Source: Octopus bimaculoides | Taxonomy: Eukaryota | Reading direction: 5' to 3' | NCBI RefSeq assembly: GCF_001194135.2 | Contig: NC_069002.1 | Span: 33,240,900 to 33,294,603, forward strand | DNA: 53,704 bases | In this document: positions 1-11,650 of the stretch, piece by piece | Layout of the letters: each line of letters begins with the position of its first letter | How positions within the stretch are numbered: the stretch's first letter is position 1 | Position numbers and translations under genes: made by a program | The notes under the pieces: model-generated | Database searches by the model: none | What the model was told of the DNA's origin: nothing | Seen by the model: the letters and a program-made list of their open reading frames with translations, nothing else

Positions 1-92
1 TATATATATATATATATATTATGAAATTATCACCATATGGGATGAGGATAGGACCAGTCAGTCTAATTTTCTATTTCCCAATGTATTATATT

Positions 93-147
93 GTCTGAGT
101 TCAAATTCCGCCGAGGTCGACTTAGCCTTTCATCTTTTCGAGGTCGA
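93..147 (+). mobile_element. SINE type A fragment (B-box plus central conserved domain)
   Basis: gagttcaaattccgccgaggtcgacttagcctttcatcttttcgaggtcgattaaataagtac matches the fuller copies at 8781-9008 and 42995-43222. Confidence 0.85.
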
Positions 148-242
148 TTAAATAAGTACGAGTTACATGCAAACACACGCACGTAGACAATGATAGTTGT
201 GAATAGCAGCAGGCTATCACTATTAGCAGCAACACCAGCAAC

Positions 243-307
<65 letters not shown>
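243..307. repeat. (TAG)n microsatellite
   Basis: Perfect gta/tag run, about 21 units. Confidence 0.97.
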
Positions 308-812
308 CTATTCTGCATTGTGCTGCATTCAGTCGATTCCTTTCCGAGTGCGTTCCCACTAGGAGCCCCTCACCTATGAAATGTTACAACATTGTTAGGT
401 AAAGGGATTTCCTTCGTGTCTCTTTCACATGTCAGCTTGTCATTTGTCAGATGTCTACCTGCTAATTACCAGGAGATGATGCAACTTTATCATGGCACTT
501 CCACTACTACGGCCATCACCACCAACAGCACCACCACCAGCACTACCACCACTACCACCGCCGCCGCCGCCACCAGTTTCCAAGGTCGCAGGTGTTTATT
601 TTGCAACTGTTTCAAACGAACATTAACAAAATCGATCTCGCCTGTCGAAGAAATTGGTTGCTGTATCTTCCAGCGGATCTAAGAGGTAATAGAATTCAAA
701 AAAAAAGAATTAAGCGTAAGAAGTATACAGACAAACATGCAAACCACACGCACGCAGACAAGTGTAGATACACACACACACACACACACGCACAAACAAA
801 CACACAGTGGCC

Positions 813-859
<47 letters not shown>

Positions 860-1770
860 ATATNNNNNNNNNNNNNNNNNNNNNNNNNNNNNNNNNNNNN
901 NNNNNNNNNNNNNNNNNNNNNNNNNNNNNNNNNNNNNNNNNNNNNNNNNNNNNNNNNNNNNNNNNNNNNNNNNNNNNNNNNNNNNNNNNNNNNNNNNNNN
1001 NNNNNNNNNNNNNNNNNNNNNNNNNNNNNNNNNNNNNNNNNNNNNNNNNNNNNNNNNNNNNNNNNNNNNNNNNNNNNNNNNNNNNNNNNNNNNNNNNNNN
1101 NNNNNNNNNNNNNNNNNNNNNNNNNNNNNNNNNNNNNNNNNNNNNNNNNNNNNNNNNNNNNNNNNNNNNNNNNNNNNNNNNNNNNNNNNNNNNNNNNNNN
1201 NNNNNNNNNNNNNNNNNNNNNNNNNNNNNNNNNNNNNNNNNNNNNNNNNNNNNNNNNNNNNNNNNNNNNNNNNNNNNNNNNNNNNNNNNNNNNNNNNNNN
1301 NNNNNNNNNNNNNNNNNNNNNNNNNNNNNNNNNNNNNNNNNNNNNNNNNNNNNNNNNNNNNNNNNNNNNNNNNNNNNNNNNNNNNNNNNNNNNNNNNNNN
1401 NNNNNNNNNNNNNNNNNNNNNNNNNNNNNNNNNNNNNNNNNNNNNNNNNNNNNNNNNNNNNNNNNNNNNNNNNNNNNNNNNNNNNNNNNNNNNNNNNNNN
1501 NNNNNNNNNNNNNNNNNNNNNNNNNNNNNNNNNNNNNNNNNNNNNNNNNNNNNNNNNNNNNNNNNNNNNNNNNNNNNNNNNNNNNNNNNNNNNNNNNNNN
1601 NNNNNNNNNNNNNNNNNNNNNNNNNNNNNNNNNNNNNNNNNNNNNNNNNNNNNNNNNNNNNNNNNNNNNNNNNNNNNNNNNNNNNNNNNNNNNNNNNNNN
1701 NNNNNNNNNNNNNNNNNNNNNNNNNNNNNNNNNNNNNNNNNNNNNNNNNNNNNNNNNNNNNNNNNNNNNN

Positions 1771-1820
<50 letters not shown>

Positions 1821-1974
1821 ACAGAATGTGTCTGAGTGAGAGAGAGAGAAACACACACACACATGCACATACTAATGCTTCGTGTTAGATATCAGAGAAT
1901 TTTGCATATATCACAGTAAGCTCCTCATACGGAGACGTTTATCTGTCCACATAGTATTCAATTACAAAGTAGTG

Positions 1975-2250
1975 CCGTTGTGCCAGCTGTTGGCCTATTT
2001 GGTACATAAGTGAGACTGATTCTTTTGCCCTCGTCTGTAACTCTTGCCGGGCCCTTGGTTCATGTGAAATTATGGAGAGGAAGATATCTACTTCTTTGTT
2101 GAAAACATCTACGTCCACATTATATAGGTTTCTTAATTTGGCAGGGAATTGAAGATCTGTGAGACTTTGAACCATAAGCTATTGCAGTAGTTGATTCTGA
2201 ATATAGATGCAATGGATTATACCGTTGCTACAACACGATCGTAATGTAAT
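1975..2250 (-). mobile_element. LINE (CR1/L2-like) ORF2 C-terminal relic
   Basis: Minus strand reads YCNSLWFKVSQIFNSLP / LRNLYNVDVDVFNKEVDIFLSIISHEPRARQELQTRA across one frameshift. This resembles the LFNxLPxxLR...FKxxLDxFLxxxPDEP end of CR1/L2-group RTs. Confidence 0.7.
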
Positions 2251-2402
2251 TTCAGTAAATTTGTATATCTTTGTGTAGCTGAGGATTGCTCTGCATTTTA
2301 TATTTGATGTAATGTTCACATTGCTTAAATAAATGGAGTCGCATGAAACGATCGTACTGCATTAACTTTGGATATCCTTGTTGGTTATTTTTATGATAGA
2401 TA

Positions 2403-2405
<3 letters not shown>

Positions 2406-2487
<82 letters not shown>

Positions 2488-2530
2488 CTGTGTGTGTGTG
2501 TGTGTGTGTGTATGTTTGTATGTATTATGT
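2406..2530. repeat. (TA)n-(TG)n compound microsatellite
   Basis: Direct inspection. Confidence 0.97.
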
Positions 2531-3989
2531 GTGCATGTATGTATGTATGTAGGTAGGTAGGTACGTACGTAGTACGGATATATGTATGTAGTATTTATTT
2601 TTATTCCATATAATAAATGGAGGGAGTACAGAGCTTATAATACAAAACAACAGAACATATTATTCATGTTTTCCGTAGGACTGGTTGGGATTGTTGTTGT
2701 AATTGTTGTTGTTGTTATTGCTCATAATTTACTACTGTTATTGTTGTGATTGTTTTTGTTGTCGTTAATATTGTTGTTGCCGTGGTTGTTACTGTTCTTG
2801 TTATAGATTTCCAAATAGGGATATAGAAGGGAAAAGTATGTCAAATCAATATTTAGTACACCTAGGGAATGATCGGAAAGTCAACGAAACAGAAAGAGAT
2901 AGAGAGTGAGAGGAGAAAAAGAAAGAGAGAGGTGGGAGTCAGGTTGAGTGAGAAAGGGAATGGAGGGTGAATATGGGGAGGAAGGGTAGAGCGAATGAAT
3001 GAAGTAAAGAAGAAAAAATAGTAAGGTGTATATGAACGGAAATAGAATGTATATGTATATGAAAGGAAACCCCAAAAAACAGAAGGGAAACACAAAGACG
3101 AGATGGGAAATTAATGGTAGTTATGGAAAACCTAAAGGAAGGAAGAAAGGGTGAAATGAGGGAAGGGGGAAAGAAAAAAGAAAGAAGGAAGAAGAAAGTG
3201 TTAATATACAGGGAAATATATACGGAATAGAATGCAGAATGAATATATAAACACGACGAGTTCTACAATTGATACATACATACGCATAAGCGTCCCCTCT
3301 TCCTCACCCCCAGGACATAAAAATATAGGTACACACACACATACACACAGGTACGCTCACACACCCATGCTGACACATATGCACACATACAAACACATCT
3401 ACACAAACACACATTTATATATATATATATATATATACATATAACGTTCATGATTTCGTAGAGACCAAGAGAGAGTAATAAACAATTGTTAGAACTGAAT
3501 ATGAATAAGCTTTTGCAATAAATCGTTACAACTATGCAGAATCTAGTGTCTGGCTTCAGCGCTTCGGGGAAGCTATAGGTTGCTGCATAAGCGCTCAACC
3601 CCGAGTAAACCTCTTAGTACACATGAAACAGCTGTAAGCTAATGATAGTAAATACGTAACTCCTCTTTTGTCACTCATTATGTTAACATTTGGGTGTGGA
3701 CGTGTCTCGAAGCCTTCCTCAGGCACGCTATTGACTTACTACGTACAAACGTGACAAGACACGATTGGTCTATGTAGCAGCAGCTGACTGAGCAGCATAG
3801 TGTAATTCTTCAATTTTGAGTCGTGTTCACTTACGACGTTGTCACATTACAGTGAGTCTTACAGTGTCAGCGACAACAGTGTACGTTATCGTTTTATCAA
3901 GCTATCGCTTATCGTCATTGAGAGTGAAAACGTTTTTGTTCGACCTGAGAATGAAGGGCCTGTTGAGACGACAGCAATGGCTGTGGGTA

Positions 3990-4520
3990 AGGTAGAGGTC
4001 GCTCAGGTGGAGAATCAGTGGCCCCACCTTCGAGGAATACTTTGTCCTTACCTGAAGGGATAAGAGGAACGCCACAATCCTGTACGTCCGCTACGTCTTA
4101 TGTCAGGCCATGGAAACCACCATCGAGGGACAAGCGGAATGCATCTACGATGTAGAATCGTATGTCAAGCGGAAACATCGAGCGCATGCCATCCACTTTG
4201 TGGAAAGAATCAAGGCCAGCTCTTCCTGTGGGAAACACAAGCAAACTTTTTGCAGTATTGCCAGTACGCAGTCTTCGCAGCGATGTGCAAAGAAAACACA
4301 CCAATCCAATGTTGCAGAGGCGTTTATCGAAAGTGCTGGCACTGGTGTCCATCAGTCTTTGGTGGACAAAATGATTGTAGATCTGTTTGTCGACATCATG
4401 CTACCGCTGCATGTAGTGAAGCCCCCACATTTGTCCGCTTGATCAAAATGCTGAAACCCAGCAAGACAACGACGCCGTGGAGTACCCTGGGCAGGATGAC
4501 CTCGGTCAGCCATAGACAGA
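3990..4520 (+). pseudogene. Degenerate hAT (ZBED-type) transposase 5' part: BED zinc finger plus N-terminal dimerisation/DNA-binding region
   Basis: Joining frames gives WPHLR/EYFVLT*RDKRNATILYVRYVLCQ...YVKRKH (BED-finger W..F...C..C...KRKH spacing). It continues VDKMIVDLFVDIMLPLHVV / FVRLIKMLKPSKTT...TLGR, the hAT 'mlPl.vVe.p.F..li..l.P...sr.tl' motif. Contains stops and frameshifts. Confidence 0.8.
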
Positions 4521-5050
4521 GCTGGAAGTGTCTCTTACAAACTATTTATGAATTAAAATTATTCAAGTTTGTGAAGGTATTATTATGGCGTACTTCAGTT
4601 TTCTTAGTTTAATTTAAGTATTTAATTATTTATTAAATAATTATTTCCTTAATTAATGTAATAAAATGTATAATAGCTAATTGCAATAAATGTCATAATA
4701 TATAATANNNNNNNNNNNNNNNNNNNNNNNNNNNNNNNNNNNNNNNNNNNNNNNNNNNNNNNNNNNNNNNNNNNNNNNNNNNNNNNNNNNNNNNNNNNNN
4801 NNNNNNNNNNNNNNNNNNNNNNNNNNNNNNNNNNNNNNNNNNNNNNNNNNNNNNNNNNNNNNNNNNNNNNNNNNNNNNNNNNNNNNNNNNNNNNNNNNNN
4901 NNNNNNNNNNNNNNNNNNNNNNNNNNNNNNNNNNNNNNNNNNNNNNNNNNNNNNNNNNNNNNNNNNNNNNNNNNNNNNNNNNNNNNNNNNNNNNNNNNNN
5001 NNNNNNNNNNNNNNNNNNNNNNNNNNNNNNNNNNNNNNNNNNNNNNNNNN

Positions 5051-5150
5051 TAAGTGGCTTTCTTACGAACCATATGGTTCGGGGTTCAGTCCTACTGCGT
5101 GGCAGCTTGAGCAAGTGTTTTCTACTATACCCTCGGGCCGACCAAATCCT
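5051..5150 (+). mobile_element. SINE type B (CORE-like, tRNA-derived) 5' fragment
   Basis: ggttcggggttcagtcctactgcgtggcagcttgagcaagtgttttctactata..gggccgaccaa is the reverse complement of the head of the 32503-32868 copy. Confidence 0.85.
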
Positions 5151-5151
5151 T

Positions 5152-5337
5152 GTGTTATCAGAGGATGTGCAAATAAGTTATGGTTCTGTTCAGTGCTTTA
5201 TCACTGAAGATTTGGGTATGAGATGCGTGTCTGCCAAAACGGGTTTCAGGTGACCAAGAGAAAAGAAACATTAAGGTTTCAGTTGAGCAAGGTCTCCTTG
5301 ATTGTGTCGACAACGATGAAAACATTTTGAAAGCTTT
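5152..5337 (+). mobile_element. Mariner transposase internal fragment (second HTH to linker)
   Basis: LSEDVQISYGSVQCFITEDLGMRCVSAK...KVSVEQGLLDCVDNDENILK is typical mariner sequence just upstream of the GDETW motif. Confidence 0.8.
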
Positions 5338-5611
5338 GCGTAAGCCTCTGAGCAGGTATCACGAGGCCTTGTGACATTTTGATGAAGATTCTCTGCTCCA
5401 CATTCTGTGTCATCGTCAATGCATTTTAATCACACGCTACACACTTTCCTTCCAAACACCGCTGTAAAGAGCGTAAATGAGCGAGAACGTTAAAACTTAG
5501 TGCACATGCACAGCAGAATTCAAGGTCAATCTGTTCTATGCGGCTTCATTCTGCGTGCTTTAGCTTCGATACTATGGCAACAATTCGGATACTTATTGGT
5601 CACATCACGTA
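5330..5611 (-). mobile_element. Mariner 5' end (TA + TIR, 5' UTR, N-terminus), inverted relative to the adjacent fragment
   Basis: Minus strand begins TA|CGTGATGTGACCAATAAGTATCCG and later reads MTQNVEQRIFIK / DTCSEAYAKL, a mariner N-terminal EQR..IKF...E.Y..L pattern. Confidence 0.75.
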
Positions 5612-6697
5612 AATAAATTATATGTGAAGTAAATAAAAAGAGACAAAACAAGAAACGACTGAAGGAAAAAAAGGAAAGATATTGAAATAAAAAGAAAAAC
5701 GTTTATGTGTAATGAGGAACGATGCAACATCATGAGGAATAGAAGAAATGGAAAGAAAGGTGAAATGGAGAATATATAGGAAGAAAAATGGAAGAAAAAT
5801 GTAAACAACGATAGAAGGAAAGAATGAAAGCGTGGTTTATAAAACTGTATTTAAAAAAAAAAGCATAAATATACCAGGAAAAACTTATGATGGACTGAAA
5901 GAATTACGGAATGTAAGAATTGATGGAGATGGAAGGAGTGAGTAAGAAGAAAATAGATTAATAGAGAGGATGGTACGGGGAAGAAAATCGGGAAGAAATG
6001 GCGCAAACAACAGGGGGGAAAAAGAACCCAGATTTGAATAAGATGGAGTAAATAAATGAAAGGAAAAGCAGAAACTACACGCGCACATACATACCTACAT
6101 ACACAAACACAAATTTAGAAAGACTACACTAAAAATAGATGTAGATAGATAAAAAAGATGCAGATGAAAAAGAAATGAGACAGTGAGGAAACACAAAATA
6201 GCAGAAATAAAAGGAAGATAAAGTACAAAAAATAAAACAAAGAGGACAAAATGGCGGAAATCTCAAGAAAAAAAAACTTTGTAACAAGAGATAATCAAAT
6301 ATCTCTTTTATCAAATTCTGGTTATTTAAAAATAATTATTATTCATTATAGGTATAAATACAGATAGACATGTATATGTGTGGTGAGGGTGAGCGTGGGA
6401 GTCTATACATACATATGGATATATNNNNNNNNNNNNNNNNNNNNNNNNNNNNNNNNNNNNNNNNNNNNNNNNNNNNNNNNNNNNNNNNNNNNNNNNNNNN
6501 NNNNNNNNNNNNNNNNNNNNNNNNNNNNNNNNNNNNNNNNNNNNNNNNNNNNNNNNNNNNNNNNNNNNNNNNNNNNNNNGTGTTTGCGTTTGTGTGTGTG
6601 TACATCACTGGTCTCTGAATAATTGGTTTGGAAGTCTGGAGATTTCATTCTTTTTTTTATTGCAAGGTTTATAAAATAAATCATTATTATTTTAACT

Positions 6698-6822
6698 CTA
6701 AGCACAATGGCCTTGCAAATTTGGAGGGGAACGGTGCTGGTTGACTGCATGGACCCCAGTGCGTAACTGGTACTCATTTCATCGACCCGGAAAGGATGAA
6801 AGGCAAAGTCGACCTCGGCAAG
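6698..6822 (-). mobile_element. SINE type A, 5'-truncated
   Basis: gaccccagtgcgtaactggtactcatttcatcgacccggaaaggatgaaaggcaaagtcgacctcggc. Confidence 0.9.
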
Positions 6823-6897
6823 CTTGCTGCCTTATAACTAAATAATTATGCCATTCAGCTGGCTGACGGTTTGCTGGATAAGGCTGTCTAGATTGCG

Positions 6898-6949
<52 letters not shown>

Positions 6950-7122
6950 ATGTGTAAGTATGTATCAAATAGGAGAACGATCAAAGGTCAAAGTGAGATG
7001 CAAGAATGATAAGAAATGAGATCCCAATACCTGTAATGATAAGCCAAAACGATGTTATGCAAAATTACAAAAAATACAGGTGGTGCTCCAGCATGACCGA
7101 ACATGGATGGCTGCAACGAATA

Positions 7123-7229
7123 AATGAAGTGTTTTGCTCAAGAACACAACGCGTCGCCCGGTCCAGGAACCGAAATCACAATCTTACGATCATGGTGCTC
7201 CCATCCTAACCACTAAGCCAGGCGTCTCC
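7123..7229 (-). mobile_element. SINE type C head (tRNA-like A/B boxes plus tgtgttcttgagcaaaacactt motif)
   Basis: Reverse complement reads ggagacgcctggcttagtggttagg...gtgatttcggttcctggaccgggcgacgcgttgtgttcttgagcaaaacacttc. Related to 25140-25345. Confidence 0.8.
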
Positions 7230-7260
7230 ACACACACACACACACACACACACGCACGCC

Positions 7261-7291
<31 letters not shown>

Positions 7292-8780
7292 ATACATACA
7301 CACACACATATATGTATATATATANNNNNNNNNNNNNNNNNNNNNNNNNNNNNNNNNNNNNNNNNNNNNNNNNNNNNNNNNNNNNNNNNNNNNNNNNNNN
7401 NNNNNNNNNNNNNNNNNNNNNNNNNNNNNNNNNNNNNNNNNNNNNNNNNNNNNNNNNNNNNNNNNNNNNNNNNNNNNNNNNNNNNNNNNNNNNNNNNNNN
7501 NNNNNNNNNNNNNNNNNNNNNNNNNNNNNNNNNNNNNNNNNNNNNNNNNNNNNNNNNNNNNNNNNNNNNNNNNNNNNNNNNNNNNNNNNNNNNNNNNNNN
7601 NNNNNNNNNNNNNNNNNNNNNNNNNNNNNNNNNNNNNNNNNNNNNNNNNNNNNNNNNNNNNNNNNNNNNNNNNNNNNNNNNNNNNNNNNNNNNNNNNNNN
7701 NNNNNNNNNNNNNNNNNNNNNNNNNNNNNNNNNNNNNNNNNNNNNNNNNNNNNNNNNNNNNNNNNNNNNNNNNNNNNNNNNNNNNNNNNNNNNNNNNNNN
7801 NNNNNNNNNNNNNNNNNNNNNNNNNNNNNNNNNNNNNNNNNNNNNNNNNNNNNNNNNNNNNNNNNNNNNNNNNNNNNNNNNNNNNNNNNNNNNNNNNNNN
7901 NNNNNNNNNNNNNNNNNNNNNNNNNNNNNNNNNNNNNNNNNNNNNNNNNNNNNNNNNNNNNNNNNNNNNNNNNNNNNNNNNNNNNNNNNNNNNNNNNNNN
8001 NNNNNNNNNNNNNNNNNNNNNNNNNNNNNNNNNNNNNNNNNNNNNNNNNNNNNNNNNNNNNNNNNNNNNNNNNNNNNNNNNNNNNNNNNNNNNNNNNNNN
8101 NNNNNNNNNNNNNNNNNNNNNNNNNNNNNNNNNNNNNNNNNNNNNNNNNNNNNNNNNNNNNNNNNNNNNNNNNNNNNNNNNNNNNNNNNNNNNNNNNNNN
8201 NNNNNNNNNNNNNNNNNNNNNNNNNNNNNNNNNNNNNNNNNNNNNNNNNNNNNNNNNNNNNNNNNNNNNNNNNNNNNNATATATATACATACATATACAT
8301 ATATATATATATATATATATATGCATACTTGTCTGTGTAAATACTTTTGTGATTGTGCGTGCAAATGCGTAGGTATGTAAGGGCGTTTTGTATGTATTTG
8401 TGAACGTGTGTTTGTACATTGATTTAACAAAAATAAATGAGACTTTCACAACAAAACTCTTGTCTGATGTCTCGAATAGGCAAAACAAATATATTTGTTT
8501 CTTATTTTAGAAATTGATTTTCGTCAACAACAAAATCAATCACAACAACAACAACAACAACAACAACAAGCAGAACACAAACAACAACATAAACAGCAGT
8601 CAGAAGAACAATAACACCAACAACAACAACAAACCCAAGAACGTCTTCACTATCCGAAGATAATGTCTTGATATTCCATGATGTTGTGTCTAAGTGTTTG
8701 CAATAATTAAACGATTCCTTCATACACTTTTTCCCATTCTATGATTCTATGATACTCATTCTCTCATTCTAATATCCTTA

Positions 8781-9008
8781 TTCTTTATTGCCCACAAGGA
8801 GCTAAACATAGAGGGGACAAACAAGGACAACGTGATTAAATCGCTTACATCGACTCCAGTGAGTAACTGGTACTTAATTTATCGAACCCCCCGACAGGAT
8901 GAAAGGCAAAGTCGACCTCAGCGCAATTTGAACTGAGAACGTAATGGCAGATGAAATACCGAAAAGCATTTCGACCGGCGCGCTAACGATTCTGCCAGCT
9001 CGACGCCT
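8781..9008 (-). mobile_element. SINE type A, near full length (tRNA-derived head; central domain resembling Deu/Nin-type SINE domains)
   Basis: Head gagctggcagaatcgttagcgcgccgg, B-box-like cagttcaaattgc, central gtcgactttgcctttcatcc...gataaattaagtaccag. More than 10 related copies occur in the window. The Deu/Nin assignment is from recall. Confidence 0.9.
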
Positions 9009-9308
9009 TTGGTTCCCATGCGGGGAAACGAATTTAATTCTAATATTCTGTTTGCAGTAATGTTGACACGGCCTCATTGCTGTGTCGATATTAATGATCT
9101 ATTTGTGTTCCTTCTACGGTAATATCAACAACAACCTCAAAACTATCCTCGTAAAACTCAAACCCAGAAATGACAAATTCTGTCACCATCACCACTGCCA
9201 TCATCATCATCATCATCACCAAAACAAATACAACGGCAAAAACAAAGACTGACGCAACGAGAATAACCGCTCCTACAAGCATATCCAGAAGCTCTACAAC
9301 CAGAACCA

Positions 9309-9733
9309 CAGCACCACCACCGCCGCCACCGCCGCCACCAGCACTACGACCAGCACCACCACCGCCACCACCAGCACCACCACCAGCACCACCNNNNNNN
9401 NNNNNNNNNNNNNNNNNNNNNNNNNNNNNNNNNNNNNNNNNNNNNNNNNNNNNNNNNNNNNNNNNNNNNNNNNNNNNNNNNNNNNNNNNNNNNNNNNNNN
9501 NNNNNNNNNNNNNNNNNNNNNNNNNNNNNNNNNNNNNNNNNNNNNNNNNNNNNNNNNNNNNNNNNNNNNNNNNNNNNNNNNNNNNNNNNNNNNNNNNNNN
9601 NNNNNNNNNNNNNNNNNNNNNNNNNNNNNNNNNNNNNNNNNNNNNNNNNNNNNNNNNNNNNNNNNNNNNNNNNNNNNNNNNNNNNNNNNNNNNNNNNNNC
9701 AGCACCACCAACAGCAGCACCAGCACCACCACA
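9309..9733. repeat. (CCA/CCG/GCA)n trinucleotide tract interrupted by a gap
   Basis: Direct inspection. It is the source of the spurious poly-Pro and poly-Gly ORFs. Confidence 0.9.
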
Positions 9734-9802
9734 CATCTTTTGTTCTGTTCTATGCTTTCCATAATATTTTTCTTAATGTAAACATTTGTAGTTAATAAAG
9801 AA

Positions 9803-9836
<34 letters not shown>

Positions 9837-10563
9837 GTATCATCATTTATCAGTTAGAAACCTGTATACCACGGGAACCTGCCTACAGCGTACAAATGTA
9901 AAGAACATCAGGATATAGAAATAGAGAAGAATTATCGAAGAATGTTTGAGACAGATGGACAGACAAACAGACAGACAGACAGATAGATAGATAGATAAAT
10001 GCATACATAGATACATAGATACATACATACATAGAGAGTGAGATTGAGAGAGAGAAAGGAGGAGTGAGATACAGAGATAGAGATCCCTTTCTTTTTTTCT
10101 GTAAGACATCAAGTATATGAAACTATATTTCAGAATGTAATTAGAATCTGAGTTCTTGCACATCCTATATATTAATATAAGGTTTCATTTTTGATTCTGT
10201 TTCCACTAACACAATATCTCAATAGGGATCCAGCGGTGCACTTCTATTTTAATGAACCTGCACCCAGGATTTATATAATAAACATCCCTATTTTCTCCAA
10301 GATATAACATTGTTATAAAGAAAATATCTATCGCAGATAGAATCACAGGATGGGAAGTATCTGCGATCGCTCCAAATTTGGGATGAAGTTGAATCCAGTT
10401 CATCTTTTATCTTACAGTCTTGAACGAATAAAATGACGATGATGATGTAACTATACAAAGCTGCGATGGTCATGGTTAGAATGTCTCTGATTACATGAAC
10501 TTGTTGGGTTAGACCTGGCTGGTGACATATAACTGCAACAGCAACCACATTACCGATTCTCTT

Positions 10564-10620
10564 TTAATCTTCCTTTGAATATCTAATATATTAATCTTCC
10601 TTTGAATATCTAATATATTA
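10564..10620. repeat. Perfect 27-bp tandem duplication
   Basis: ttaatcttcctttgaatatctaatata occurs twice (10564-10590, 10591-10617). Confidence 0.97.
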
Positions 10621-10621
10621 G

Positions 10622-10870
10622 ATGGCAGAATCGTTAAGGCGCTTGCTTTATGTCCGTCATTCACTTCTGGGTTCAAATTACCCGAGGTCGACTTTGCCTT
10701 TCATCCTTTCGGTGTTGATAAAATAGGTTCCAGTATAGTTCTGGTGTTAAGGTAGTAGACTTATCCAGTCCCCCGAGCTTGCTGCCAACCACTTCAGTGC
10801 TGGGGTCAATGTAATGAACCTAGCTACGCCCACGAAATTGCTGGCCCTGTGCCAACATTTGAAACTAATA
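10622..10870 (+). mobile_element. SINE type A, diverged, with duplicated tail region
   Basis: tggcagaatcgttaagg...gggttcaaattacccgaggtcgactttgcctttcatcctttcgg...ggccctgtgccaacatttgaaac. Confidence 0.85.
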
Positions 10871-11254
10871 CCTAATAAATTAGTGTCAATGTTATTTCTA
10901 GCTCCAGAAGACCTTCCTGGGCCTTCCACTCTAACCACTACTCTCCTTTATTTGTCTGTTTTTTTTTTTGGTTTTCCTTGAGCACTACATTATAAACTGT
11001 GTCCTTTCTTTTCAAATAACAATAGGTTGTGATGTAACGAAGATCTGGCTGCTGTTTCTAGCATTAAATATCATATCACATAGAGACGTCAGTTTTATGC
11101 AACTATATCAACCAAAAATAACACAAACATTTAAAGCTATGTGACAAACTATAAAAACTAAATCTAATCAACCAAATTTTAAAATCTGCAACCGATGATG
11201 CTAACATTTACCTGGGCATTGACCGAAATCTATCCTAACTGTATCCATGATGCA

Positions 11255-11650
11255 AGTTTTGCTTCAGCCATAGTATATCTTGGACTACATAACCCGATGG
11301 ATCTATTGTTTTATAGAAAAAGGAAGCAGAATGTGATATGTTTTGGTGTTATTTCTAGCTCGTCAGTCAGTTTTTGATGAAGTGTGTCAGTCATGCCATG
11401 CGTTATGCCAGGCATAGTCCATCTAGGACTACATTGCGCAACGAGTCGATACATTTATACATAAGTATGATGTGCATTGAGGGAAATTTTGGGGATATTT
11501 CTAGCTCATCGACCAGCTTTGTTATGACGCATGCGCATCATATTTTTACTTTGGACATAGTAAACCGTGGGCTACATAAAACAACGAGTCTTCTACCCAC
11601 CAGCAAACTAGGATGCGACATCCGAGAGATTTTGCTGCTATTTCTAGTAT
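11255..11650. repeat. Degenerate tandem array, ~145-bp period, 3 units
   Basis: g(g/a)ctacat motifs at 11282, 11426 and 11569. atttctag motifs at 11351, 11497 and 11640. Confidence 0.7.

Noticed and set aside
592-1888. Long ORFs of 340-480 aa here and at 7134-8488, 15055-16346 and 38508-39941, plus shorter ones across other gaps
   Set aside because: They run through N blocks and dinucleotide repeats (YIYI, HTHT, CVCV). These are artefacts.
2860-6320. Long purine-rich tracts (2870-3230, 5610-6320; also 45830-46070) giving F/S/L-rich ORFs
   Set aside because: Low-complexity strand-biased sequence. Triplex potential is conceivable, but no mirror symmetry was evident.
8640-8720. Short unique stretch LDTTSWNIKTLSSDSED
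   Set aside because: No usable splice sites, and it is embedded in AAC-repeat sequence.
9091-9846. Proline-rich or glycine-rich ORFs resembling extensin, formin or mucin
   Set aside because: They derive from a CCA/CCG trinucleotide tract around a gap, with no splice or domain support.
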